Of a stretch of 54,136 nt of DNA, positions 27,443 to 36,102 are shown piece by piece. Made by a program: the position numbers and the translations under genes. The stretch lies in assembly GCA_044869895.1 (NCBI GenBank), contig JBIOXZ010000086.1, forward strand, positions 1 through 54,136, written 5' to 3'. The notes beneath the pieces were generated by a model. It saw nothing but the letters and a program-made list of their open reading frames with translations, was not told the DNA's origin and did not search any database. Within the stretch, counting starts at the first letter, position 1; every line of letters begins with the position of its first letter. This DNA is from Actinomycetota bacterium. Lineage in GTDB: Bacteria; Actinomycetota; UBA4738; HRBIN12.

Positions 27443-28555
27443 TCAGCTGCGAGGCCGGGTCTTCTGCGGGTCGTAGAGGGGAAGGACGTCGACGGTTGCC
27501 GGGACCGTCGACTCCCCCACTGCCACCTCCACGGCGTTCCCTAGGTTCGCCTGGTCGGATCGGAGGACGGCGATCCCGATCTTGCCGTACCTCGGGCTGT
27601 CCGTGGGGCTGGTGAGCACGCCCACCTGCTCGCCCTCTTTCGTCACCGCGGCGCCGTACTCGGGGAGCGCTTCGGCCTCGTACCGGAGGGTCACCAACCG
27701 GTTCGGTGGGGCCTTCGCCAGGTCCTCGAGCGCGTCCCGGCCCAGCGGCTCCCCCGGCGCGTGGAGTTTGACGAACGGGTCGAAGTTGAAGTCGAAAGGA
27801 GATCGCTCGTGCGCCTCGTAGTCGTAGTCCGTGACGATCAGGCCGGCTTCGATGCGAAGGATCTCGATGGCGTCAGCCCCGAACGGCGTGATCCCCGCCT
27901 TGTTCACAACGACGTCCCACAGGTCCTGGGCGTTCGCCGGGTCCCTGAGGAACAGCTCGTACCCGAGCTCGCCCCCGAAGCCCGTACGGGACAGGTAAAC
28001 CGGAACCCCACCCACTTGGACCGGCTGTGGGATGAACCGGAAGTACCCGAGGCCGCTGATGTCTGTCTCGGTCAACTCCTGCACGACGTCTCGAGACCGA
28101 GGTCCGAGGACGCCGAGATGCGGCATCCGGGGGGCGATCCACTCGAACTCCACCCCCAGTCCCTTCAGCGCCTCCTGGAAGTACTCGTCGTGGTCCTTCC
28201 CGTTGGTCATGACCCAGGCGTGGTCCTCCGCCACCTTGAAGACCGTGCCGTCGTCGACCATCAGGCCGTCTTCGTCGAGGAACGCGCCGTACCGAACCTG
28301 TCCCACATCGAGGCCAAGGATGTCGTTGGAATGGACCCGACGGGCGGCCTTCAGCGCGTCCGGCCCCCGGAAGTCCCACTTGTTCAGCGGCGAGACGTCC
28401 CACACGGCCACATCGTCCCGCACGGCGTCGTATTCCTCCCGTACGTTGCCGAAGTTCTCCGTCCACATCCACCCGCCGTCGGCGACGTGCGTGCCGCCGG
28501 CGGCCACGATCACGTCGTGGAACGCGGTCTTCAGGGCCTCTTCCTCCTCGGCCAT
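27443..28555 (-). CDS. aminomethyltransferase-family (GcvT-like) folate-binding protein
   Basis: 370 aa with the GcvT-like pattern: V.DVS...K....GPDA......ND......G...Y......DG...DD......W......SRTG..GE.GYE......FG.....LR.EAG....D. Confidence 0.75.
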   Translation of the reverse strand: MAEEEEALKTAFHDVIVAAGGTHVADGGWMWTENFGNVREEYDAVRDDVAVWDVSPLNKWDFRGPDALKAARRVHSNDILGLDVGQVRYGAFLDEDGLMVDDGTVFKVAEDHAWVMTNGKDHDEYFQEALKGLGVEFEWIAPRMPHLGVLGPRSRDVVQELTETDISGLGYFRFIPQPVQVGGVPVYLSRTGFGGELGYELFLRDPANAQDLWDVVVNKAGITPFGADAIEILRIEAGLIVTDYDYEAHERSPFDFNFDPFVKLHAPGEPLGRDALEDLAKAPPNRLVTLRYEAEALPEYGAAVTKEGEQVGVLTSPTDSPRYGKIGIAVLRSDQANLGNAVEVAVGESTVPATVDVLPLYDPQKTRPRS

Positions 28556-28594
28556 GCGCTCGCCTCCGCTTCCTCGGTGTTCGGGCCTATCGAA

Positions 28595-29179
28595 TCACGA
28601 TCCTGACTCGCCGTTCAACCCGTGCTCGGTCATCACCAGGTCGACCGGACGGTCGCCTCGCCCATGCGGCACTTCATTCACCAGCTGTATGGAGAAACAG
28701 ATGCCGATGGTGAGCGCATCCGGCCGCAGAGCGGCGAGAAACCGATCGTAGAACCCACGGCCGTAGCCGACCCGGTGGCCGGACCCGTCGAAGGCCAGAC
28801 CCGGCACGATGACCACATCGATCTCCTCCGGAGCGACCTTCTCCCCTCCCGCGGGCTCCGTCGCCCCGAACGAGGTGGGTCTCACCCGGTCGCCGGAGCG
28901 ATACGCCACGGCCACGATGTCCCGGCCCTCCACGCGAGGAAGCGCCACACGCCGTCCATCGCGTTCCAGCCGCCCGATGATCGGGGCGGTGTCCACCTCC
29001 GAGCCGAAGGAGGAGAACGCCATGACCGTTGTTGCGTCCGCGACTGCGGGGAGGGCCAATACCTTTCCGGCCACCTCCTCGCTCATCCGCTCACGCTCCC
29101 CGGACGACAGCCCATCCCGGAGGGCCCGGGCTTTCCTCCGCAGCGCCCGCTTCTGCCGCTTCAGATCCGCCGATCTCAC
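28595..29179 (-). CDS. 5-formyltetrahydrofolate cyclo-ligase
   Basis: The sequence reads LKRQKRALRRKARALR...V.AF.S.G.E.DT.P......G..V.LPRV......P....VVIVPGLAFD..G.R.GYG.GFYDRFL. The start is the GTG overlapping the upstream stop (GTGA at 29176-29179). The upstream part of the track ORF is out-of-frame shadow. Confidence 0.8.
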   Translation of the reverse strand: MRSADLKRQKRALRRKARALRDGLSSGERERMSEEVAGKVLALPAVADATTVMAFSSFGSEVDTAPIIGRLERDGRRVALPRVEGRDIVAVAYRSGDRVRPTSFGATEPAGGEKVAPEEIDVVIVPGLAFDGSGHRVGYGRGFYDRFLAALRPDALTIGICFSIQLVNEVPHGRGDRPVDLVMTEHGLNGESGS

Positions 29180-30078
29180 CCTCGGGGCCGGCCGCTCCTG
29201 AGGGCATGCTCGGCGATCAACTCGATCCGGTCTCCGGGACCGGCCGCGACCAGGACGACCCACGAGGCACCCGCGCCTTCCAGGCCGTCGAGCCACCCCG
29301 CCAGGGAGCGGACGCTCCCGGACCACACGTTGGTCTCCAACAGGCCCTTCCTGTCCCGCGCGTCCAGGAGCCGGCTCGCGTCGTCCTCGTCCTCGCCGAC
29401 GAGCACGATGCCCGCCCATGTCGCCGCTACATCCCTGCCCTCGGCGGCCTCCCGCAGCAGGGTCGCTTTGCGGGCGAACTCCGGGATCGACATCCCCCAA
29501 CCATTCCACGCATCGGCCTCTCGCGCGGCGATGCGAACCACCTCGTCGGCGAAGCCACCGACCCAGACCGGAGGACCTCCGGGCGTGACCGGTCGAGGAA
29601 GGAGCGGTCCACTCACGGGGGGGATCCGGCCATCACCGGGCCAGGGACTTCCCGCGAAGAGCGCCTTGACCGCACGGACCGTCTCGACCAGGTGCTCTCG
29701 CCGTTCCCCTTTCTCCAGGTACGTCAGGCCGTATGCCTGGTGCTCCGGCTTGTCGATGGGATCCCCGGTTCCGATGCCGAGCACCATGCGCCCGCCGCTG
29801 ATGTCGTCCACTCCCGCGGCCATCTTGGCCAGGAGTCCGGCGGGGCGGATTGAGGCCCTGGTCACCAGGGTGCCGACAGCGACCCGCTCCGTCGCTGCCG
29901 CCACCGCGGACAGCGAGGCGAATGCCTCGAGCGAGGGCCGGTCGGTCGGCGCCCCCGGGGGAAAGAAGTGGTCGAAGGCGAAGACCCCGTCGTAGCCAAG
30001 CGCTTCCGCCCGCTGGGCGAACGATGCCACCCGTTCGGGATCCCCCGAGAACAAGGGCAGGATCAGGCCGACGTTCAT
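29176..30078 (-). CDS. luciferase-like monooxygenase (LLM) family oxidoreductase, possibly F420-dependent
   Basis: The sequence reads MNVGLILP...AE.LGYDGVF.FDH......E.F..L.A.AA.T.R...GTLV......A.LAK.AA..D..S.GR..LG.G.G. I trimmed the start to Met26 of the track ORF. Confidence 0.7.
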   Translation of the reverse strand: MNVGLILPLFSGDPERVASFAQRAEALGYDGVFAFDHFFPPGAPTDRPSLEAFASLSAVAAATERVAVGTLVTRASIRPAGLLAKMAAGVDDISGGRMVLGIGTGDPIDKPEHQAYGLTYLEKGERREHLVETVRAVKALFAGSPWPGDGRIPPVSGPLLPRPVTPGGPPVWVGGFADEVVRIAAREADAWNGWGMSIPEFARKATLLREAAEGRDVAATWAGIVLVGEDEDDASRLLDARDRKGLLETNVWSGSVRSLAGWLDGLEGAGASWVVLVAAGPGDRIELIAEHALRSGRPRG

Positions 30079-30106
30079 CGCGGGATGCCTGCCCTCCCTT
30101 GGCCTC

Positions 30107-31060
30107 TCATCCCCCCAGCTCCTCAAGGGCGAGCACCGCCGCTCCGACGGCACCGGCGTCGTTCCCCAGCCGCGCGCCGACGAGCGGAACCGGGGGCCTG
30201 TGCTCGTACCCCTCGACCGCCTCGACGAACGCGGCCTCCGCCGGGCGGATCACCAGTTCCCCCGCCTCCACCACCCCGCCCCCGATCACGACGATCTGCG
30301 GGTCGAGCACGTTCACCAACCCGGCGATCCCCTCCCCGAGTCGCCTCCCGACCTGGCTCAGGATACGGATGGCCACGTCATCGCCGGCCTTGGCTGCCCT
30401 GGTCACGGTCTCGCCGGTCACGTGCATGGGGTCGTGGTCCGCGAGCTCGGCGATGAGCGACTGGGGACGGTCGGCCGCTGCTTCCCGTCCCAGGCGCCCG
30501 ATCGCCTGTCCCGAGGCCACCTGCTCGAAGCACCCGCGGTTGCCGCAGCCGCAGAGCGGCCCGTCGGGTTCGACGATGATGTGCCCGATCTCCGCGGCGA
30601 ACCCATGGGCTCCACGGAACAGGCGGCGGCCAGCCACGATCCCTCCCCCGATGCCGGTCCCCACCGTCACCAGCAGCATGTGCCGGTACCCACGGCCGGC
30701 GCCGAATCGATACTCGCCCCACGCGGCCACGTTCGCGTCGTTGTCGACCTGGCACGGTAGCCCGAGCGCGTCACTCATACGCTCGCCGATCGGGAGCTCT
30801 CGCCATGCCAGGTTCGGTGCGAACCGCAGGACACCGCGGTTCGCGTCCACCATGCCGGCGGCACCCACGCCGATCGCCACCACCTGGGACTCGAGCAATC
30901 CCTTGGCCGCCTCGATCATCGCCGCGATGGTCGCCTCCGGGTCATCCGCGGGCGTCACCGAGCGCGAGCGAGCCAGGATGGACCCATCCCTGCTCACCCG
31001 AAGGGCCTCGATCTTCGTGCCCCCAACGTCGATGCCGAGCGCCTGGGCCGCCTCCGACAC
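30107..31060 (-). CDS. ROK-family glucokinase
   Basis: The sequence reads LGIDVGGTKI...VGVGAAG.VD...DNDANVAAWGE...VTVGTGIGGGIV...G..G.A.E.GH, with the ROK zinc motif CGCGNRGCFE. Confidence 0.85.
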   Translation of the reverse strand: MSEAAQALGIDVGGTKIEALRVSRDGSILARSRSVTPADDPEATIAAMIEAAKGLLESQVVAIGVGAAGMVDANRGVLRFAPNLAWRELPIGERMSDALGLPCQVDNDANVAAWGEYRFGAGRGYRHMLLVTVGTGIGGGIVAGRRLFRGAHGFAAEIGHIIVEPDGPLCGCGNRGCFEQVASGQAIGRLGREAAADRPQSLIAELADHDPMHVTGETVTRAAKAGDDVAIRILSQVGRRLGEGIAGLVNVLDPQIVVIGGGVVEAGELVIRPAEAAFVEAVEGYEHRPPVPLVGARLGNDAGAVGAAVLALEELGG

Positions 31061-31072
31061 GTCCCGCCCTCT

Positions 31073-32212
31073 CTAGAAGCGAAGCAGCGCGCCGATGCCG
31101 CCGTATCGGGCCAGCCCATCGGGATGAACGATCGTCTCCACCCGGCTGCCTTGCCGCACCGCCCGGGCCACCGCCTCTTCGACCACATCGGCCACCGGCT
31201 CCATCGTCGAGCCGCACGCCGGGCACCTCGTTCCTCGTTCCGTGAGCCGGCCGCACGTGGGGCAGGAGAATCCCGGGGCGGACAGATCGAGGCCGACGAG
31301 GATCTCCGCCGCGCGCCCTTCCGCTACGGCCGCGAGCGTACCCGGGAGGCCGGTCACGGCCTTGCCCCCGGACTCGGCGGCCGCCCGCAGGGCTTCCACC
31401 TTCGCGGCCTCCTTCGTTCGCTCCTGCTCCTCCTCCACCTCCAGGCATCGGGCGGCCACCTCGTCCAGGGTCGCCGTCATGGTGAGGGTGACGCTGGCCC
31501 GGATCCGCTCCCGAAGGTACGGATGCAAGGTGTGTTCGAGATCCAGATGCGCCTCCGCCGGGCCTGCCAGCGCCAGAGAGTCGAACGGGCTCGTCTTGAG
31601 GAGCCGGAACAGCGCCTCGGCCACTCGCTTCAGGTGTCGTTGGCGGTGGTCGTCCACGTGACGCTGCATCCGCATCTGGGACCAGCCACCCTGGTCGTGC
31701 CGGCCCGGGACGTCGTCGATGAAGTGGGTGACCTCCTCGACCCGTCCGAGCTCTGAGAGGAACAGCCGGGCCTTCTCGTAGTCGACGAGGGCCAGGCACA
31801 TCGGGCGGTGGGTCTCCAGCACCTGCTCCAGCGGGAGGACGTCGGCCGCCGAGGCCACTGTGGCGCGATCGCGAACCGGCCGGGGGAGGCGGACCTCCTG
31901 CCACAATCCGGCGGCATTGGCCGAGAACAACGCCAGACCTCGGGTGTCCCCCCGTTCGAACTCGTCGCGCACGAAGGAGCCGATCGCTTCGAGGTCACCC
32001 ATGACCGAGCGCAACGCCTCCTTCGACAGCCCTTTGCCTTCCGCTTGGGCCCGACCCCGGCGCAGCAGGTCGTCCAAACGAACCTCGTAGTCGGACTTGC
32101 GAGGGTACCGGCGCCCGTCCACCGTGAGATAGACCGACGTGATGGGGATGCCATCGGGGTTCCATTGCACCAGCTTTCGCACCACAGAGTGGTCGACGTT
32201 GGTCATGCTCAT
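31073..32212 (-). CDS. eRF1/Pelota-superfamily protein (bacterial aeRF1-like), GGQ replaced by GGW, with a Cys4 zinc-ribbon insert in the C-terminal domain
   Basis: The central segment VPGRHDQGGWSQMRMQRHVDDHRQRHLKRVAEALFRLL...LALAGPAE aligns with human eRF1 [36 protein letters not shown]...LVLAGSAD. The C-terminal ...YGGIGALLRF parallels eRF1 GFGGIGGILRY. The insert is CPTCGRLTERGTRCPACG. The start at Met62 of the track ORF overlaps the upstream stop as ATGA. Confidence 0.75.
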   Translation of the reverse strand: MSMTNVDHSVVRKLVQWNPDGIPITSVYLTVDGRRYPRKSDYEVRLDDLLRRGRAQAEGKGLSKEALRSVMGDLEAIGSFVRDEFERGDTRGLALFSANAAGLWQEVRLPRPVRDRATVASAADVLPLEQVLETHRPMCLALVDYEKARLFLSELGRVEEVTHFIDDVPGRHDQGGWSQMRMQRHVDDHRQRHLKRVAEALFRLLKTSPFDSLALAGPAEAHLDLEHTLHPYLRERIRASVTLTMTATLDEVAARCLEVEEEQERTKEAAKVEALRAAAESGGKAVTGLPGTLAAVAEGRAAEILVGLDLSAPGFSCPTCGRLTERGTRCPACGSTMEPVADVVEEAVARAVRQGSRVETIVHPDGLARYGGIGALLRF

Positions 32213-32472
32213 GCGATCTCGATCCTCTCGAGCTTCGTCGCCGCGCCGCCGGTGTCGGCGACCCGCGTGTCCAACAGCGTCTTCGCCGCAAGGAGGAACT
32301 CCCGGGTGGCGACCAGGAGGTGATCCACCACCTCCGGGCTGGACCGGTTCACCGTCGCAAGGGCGAATCCGATGGGGCAGAACGTCACGGGACACACGTG
32401 CTCGCCCTGTTGATCCCCATCACTCGTTGAAGCGGCTGCGCTCCCGCGTCTTCCGGACCGTCCATCAGACAT
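32209..32472 (-). CDS. 87-aa hypothetical protein with CPVTFCP motif
   Basis: The sequence is MSDGRSGRRGSAAASTSDGDQQGEHVCPVTFCPIGFALATVNRSSPEVVDHLLVATREFLLAAKTLLDTRVADTGGAATKLERIEIA. Its ATG overlaps the ArsA stop by 8 nt and its TGA overlaps the ATG of the eRF1-like gene (ATGA). Only the last 87 codons of track ORF 32209..32943 are taken. Confidence 0.55.
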   Translation of the reverse strand: MSDGRSGRRGSAAASTSDGDQQGEHVCPVTFCPIGFALATVNRSSPEVVDHLLVATREFLLAAKTLLDTRVADTGGAATKLERIEIA

Positions 32473-33688
32473 TCGCTCTCCCCCTCCGGTCGTTCCGGGC
32501 GTCCCGCGAGGAACCCGGCTCGGGCTCCTTGGAGAACGCGATCTCCAGATGGTCCTCGACGAAGTTCGCCCCTCGGACCTCCAGGCGCTTGAGCGTTTGA
32601 GGCAGGATGAGGTTCCGCTTGTACGAACCGACCCGGACGAACAGCTCGTCCCCCCGGCGGTGGATGTCCATGTCGTCACGAGAGACGAACGGCAGCCGCA
32701 TGGTGAGGGAGTAACCGTTCCCCCTGCGGCGAACCCTGATGGGATGGTCCCGATACAGGATCTCGGTGACGTCGCCGTCCCCGTACACCTCCTGCGCCAT
32801 GGCTTCCAGCAACTCGACGCCGACCATCTCCCGATCGAACAGCCGGGACGTGAGGATGGGCACCGGCTCGAAGGACTCGCGCACCGTCTGCAGGTGCTCA
32901 GCCTGGATGTCCTTCCATGTACCGAAGTACGGGTCGGTGACATCGTCGGGGATGATGCGGTTCACGACCACCGCGTCGACGCGATAACCGAACAGCCCCA
33001 GATACGTGTACGTTCGCCTGGCCTCCGCGATGACCATCTTCTCCGGGTTGACCACCAGCCGGACGGTCGACGTGCGCTCGTCGGTCAGGATCCGTCGCAC
33101 CGCCTCCAGGTTGTGGTGCAGCCGCTCAACGGCACCGAAGAACTGATCCCCGGCGATGGGGAGCGTGGTGATCTTCGTCATGAGTGGGCGGACGGCCTTC
33201 ACCACCCGGCGCTCCACCGGGAAGATCCTCTCGATGTACCAGTTCATCACCTCGGGAAGCGAGAGGAGGCGAAGCGTCTCCGCCGTGGGTGCGCAGTCCA
33301 CCACCAGGAGGTCGTACCTGCCCTCGTCGACGTGGCGCTTGACGTCGATCAGGCTGAAGATCTCGTCCAGTCCGGGGATGACGGAGAGCTCCTCTGCCTG
33401 GATGGTCTCGACCCCGGCCCAGTTCATCAATTGGATGAAGTACTCCTGGATCTCCCGCCAGTTGGTTTCCAGCCGGGCCTGGGCGTCGATCTGCTCGGCC
33501 CACAGGCTCCGAGCGATCGGGGTGGCCTGGTCCACGACGTCGCGGTCGAAGGAATCGGCGAGCGAATGTGCGGGGTCGGTACTCATGATCAACGTCCGGG
33601 CACCGGCTCCAGCCGCCTTCACGGCGGTCGCGGCGGCAACGGTGGTCTTGCCCACGCCGCCCTTTCCCGTGAAGAGCAGGACTCGCAT
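32465..33688 (-). CDS. ArsA/Get3-family P-loop ATPase
   Basis: The deviant Walker A is FTGKGGVGKTTVAAA and the family signature is STDPAHSLADSF. Length is 407 aa. Confidence 0.85.
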   Translation of the reverse strand: MRVLLFTGKGGVGKTTVAAATAVKAAGAGARTLIMSTDPAHSLADSFDRDVVDQATPIARSLWAEQIDAQARLETNWREIQEYFIQLMNWAGVETIQAEELSVIPGLDEIFSLIDVKRHVDEGRYDLLVVDCAPTAETLRLLSLPEVMNWYIERIFPVERRVVKAVRPLMTKITTLPIAGDQFFGAVERLHHNLEAVRRILTDERTSTVRLVVNPEKMVIAEARRTYTYLGLFGYRVDAVVVNRIIPDDVTDPYFGTWKDIQAEHLQTVRESFEPVPILTSRLFDREMVGVELLEAMAQEVYGDGDVTEILYRDHPIRVRRRGNGYSLTMRLPFVSRDDMDIHRRGDELFVRVGSYKRNLILPQTLKRLEVRGANFVEDHLEIAFSKEPEPGSSRDARNDRRGRANV

Positions 33689-33777
33689 CTCCGGTTAGCT
33701 TAGCGAGTCCCGGGAAACCGACCTCAGGCCGCCCCTTGGTCCGCCCGCTTATGGCTAAAGACGCGGCGAACGATCGC

Positions 33778-34221
33778 CTACGCGAGCTCGACCCGCCGCT
33801 TCAATCCCTCGAGCGCGTTCTCGATCACGCGTTTCGCCCCCTGGGTCCTGACGAATCCCGGGAGCAGGACCCCGAGCTCGACGCTGAGCCGGTAGGTGAC
33901 CTCGGTCTCCCGATCGTCCAGCTCGTTCAGCAGGTATTCCCCGCGGATGTTGCTGACGGCCCCTCGCGCCTCCTTCGTCACCCAGGAGACACCGGCGTCG
34001 CCGGGCGCGTAGCGGTAGGCGAGCGTGTACGACGCCCGTCCGAGGACTGGCACGTCCACTTCGAAGGCGACCTCCGTCCCCACCCCGCCTGCCCCCCGCT
34101 GGAGCACCCGTGCCGTCTTCACGTCCGCCCACTCCGGGTAGGCCTCGTAGTCCGTGATGACGTCCATGACCTCGGCCGCAGATGCCTCGATGACGATGGA
34201 CCCCTCGGCGTGCTCCCCCAT
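33778..34221 (-). CDS. SRPBCC-superfamily (polyketide cyclase/dehydrase-like) protein
   Basis: 147 aa starting MGEHAEGSIVIEASAAEVMDVITDYEAYPEW... with a START/Bet v1-like pattern. The upstream 200 codons of the track ORF are shadow. Confidence 0.65.
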   Translation of the reverse strand: MGEHAEGSIVIEASAAEVMDVITDYEAYPEWADVKTARVLQRGAGGVGTEVAFEVDVPVLGRASYTLAYRYAPGDAGVSWVTKEARGAVSNIRGEYLLNELDDRETEVTYRLSVELGVLLPGFVRTQGAKRVIENALEGLKRRVELA

Positions 34222-34244
34222 GGCGTGAGGAATGGTAACGGCCG

Positions 34245-34910
34245 CTACCGGCCGCGGATCGCAGGAAGGGCGATCGCGGTGGCCAGGCCCACCGCGGCCA
34301 GGATGAGGCCGACCAGCCCCCACAGGAGCTTTCGCGGGCCGATGAGCGGGTCGATCCCCGAGGCCAGGCGGTAGGCGTCGACCGCCGAGGTCGACCAGGC
34401 CACGAAGCTGGCCACCAGGAACAGCGAGAAGAGCGACGCGGTCGAGCCCAGGCCGCCCCGACCGAGCCGCGACACCACCAGGAGCAACAACGTGCCGAAC
34501 GGGACGAGGAACGTCACCATCCGGGCGACGCCGTCCAGTGAGCGGCCGCACTTCCACTGCCCCAGCCCCGGGAAGAGGAGCGACCACAGGGCCGCCGTCT
34601 TCGGGTCGATCTCTGGACGCCGCTCCGGTTCCTGGAACAGCCGGGCGAACGGCGTGCCGCATGCCACGCAGAGGTTCATGGCGATGGGATTCGCATTGCC
34701 GCACACCGGACACGGCCACGTCGGCTCTCCCTCGGAACGCCGCGGCGGGGCCTGGACCTTCTCCCGCGGGACCGACCGGGGGGCTTCCAGGGACGCGTAA
34801 CACTGTCCGCACCAGTCCGCGTCGACCGCGGTGAGCGCACCACAGCTGGGACAGCGACGTTCCACGCTCATCGCGCTCATCACACGACCTATTTCGGCGC
34901 GGATCGCCAT
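34245..34910 (-). CDS. double zinc-ribbon membrane protein
   Basis: Two zinc-ribbon motifs are present: CPSCG...CGQC and CPVCG...CVACG. Three to four TM helices follow (LWSLLFPGLGQW, MVTFLVPFGTLLLLVV, LFSLFLVASFVAW, LLWGLVGLILAAVGLATAIAL). The start is ATG 34910 (alternative 34880). Confidence 0.65.
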   Translation of the reverse strand: MAIRAEIGRVMSAMSVERRCPSCGALTAVDADWCGQCYASLEAPRSVPREKVQAPPRRSEGEPTWPCPVCGNANPIAMNLCVACGTPFARLFQEPERRPEIDPKTAALWSLLFPGLGQWKCGRSLDGVARMVTFLVPFGTLLLLVVSRLGRGGLGSTASLFSLFLVASFVAWSTSAVDAYRLASGIDPLIGPRKLLWGLVGLILAAVGLATAIALPAIRGR

Positions 34911-34947
34911 CCGATGAAGCCCCAGCCGTGCCTCGCGGAAAGCCGGC

Positions 34948-36081
34948 TCAGGCCTCGGCTTCCCGGAGCCACCATCCGAGCTGCGCCGCGGCCCGGGGCC
35001 ACGTGTAGAAACGCTCGACCCGCTCCCGGCCGGCCATGCCCATGTGCTCCGCCAGCGCGCGGTCCTGGAGCAGCCCGGAGACGGCGTCCGCGACTTGTTC
35101 CACGTTCCGCCCGTCCACCAGGATCCCGGTCTCACCGTCGACCACGGATTCCCGTGCACCCCCGGAGTCCCCCACGACGACCGGTCGTCCACACGCGGCG
35201 GCCTCGATGAAGACGTTGCCCCACCCCTCGACCTCCAGGCCGCCGAGACGAGTGCGGCACGGCATGGCGAACACGTCACCCACCGCGTAGTAGCTCGGCA
35301 GGTCCGCTTCGGAAACCTGTCCGGCGAAAGCGACGGATCCGGAAGGGGCAAGCGCCGCCAGACGCTCCAGCGTCGAGCGATGCGGGCCGTCGCCCACGAC
35401 CAGCAGCACGGCGTCGGGCACGCGCCTTCGGACGAATGCCATCGCCCGGATCAAGACGTCCTGGCCCTTCCGGGCCACCAGCCGGCTGACGCACGCCACC
35501 ACCGGCCGGCCGTCCAGTCCGTGGCTTTGGCGGACCTGATCGGTGGAGAGGCCGGGACGGAACGCCTCGATGTCGGCGCCGGGATACATCACGGATACCG
35601 GCACGCCATCGGGCACCGCGGTCCGCACCACGCGCGCGATGAACGCGCTGCACATCACGGGAACACGGGCGGCCCGCGACGTCATGTATGCAAGTCCGGC
35701 GTGGGCTCCGGGTAAGAGCGAGAGCCAGTAGTCGAACCCGTGGGCGGCCACGAGGTACGGGACGCCCCGGCTCGCCAGGCTCGGTCCCATGGCCGCCAGG
35801 GGCATGGCATCCCCGAACACCACCACCTGCGCACCCGATCCATCGACGAGCTCCGCCAGCATCCGTCGCGTCGCCGGGGTGGGCCACAGGAATCGATGAG
35901 GGGCTCGAACGATGCGGTAGGCCTCGACGGCGTCGAAGGCGTCCGTCCCTTCCCCGGAGGGGGCGAGTACGGTCATCCGATCCGCCGGTAGCTCGCGGAC
36001 CAACGCGTGAAGCGTCCGCTGGATCCCTCCCACCCGCGGGGGAAAGTCGTTCGTGACCAGCAGCGTCCGCGGGATCTCCAC
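34948..36081 (-). CDS. GT4-family glycosyltransferase (PimB-like mannosyltransferase type)
   Basis: The sequence reads LLVTNDFPPRVGGIQ..., with the C-terminal EX7E-type region GLEVEGWGNVFIEAAACGRPVV. Length is 377 aa. Confidence 0.8.
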   Translation of the reverse strand: MEIPRTLLVTNDFPPRVGGIQRTLHALVRELPADRMTVLAPSGEGTDAFDAVEAYRIVRAPHRFLWPTPATRRMLAELVDGSGAQVVVFGDAMPLAAMGPSLASRGVPYLVAAHGFDYWLSLLPGAHAGLAYMTSRAARVPVMCSAFIARVVRTAVPDGVPVSVMYPGADIEAFRPGLSTDQVRQSHGLDGRPVVACVSRLVARKGQDVLIRAMAFVRRRVPDAVLLVVGDGPHRSTLERLAALAPSGSVAFAGQVSEADLPSYYAVGDVFAMPCRTRLGGLEVEGWGNVFIEAAACGRPVVVGDSGGARESVVDGETGILVDGRNVEQVADAVSGLLQDRALAEHMGMAGRERVERFYTWPRAAAQLGWWLREAEA

Positions 36082-36102
36082 GGCCGCCTATCCTCTCAGA
36101 CG

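Noticed and set aside
32473-32943. The full 244-aa ORF 32209..32943 (-) considered as one protein.
   Set aside because: Its first ~157 codons are an alternative frame of the ArsA/Get3 gene and read as a Ser/Arg/Thr/Cys-rich string. Only the last 87 codons, which start at an ATG overlapping the ArsA stop, lie in otherwise non-coding space and look protein-like.
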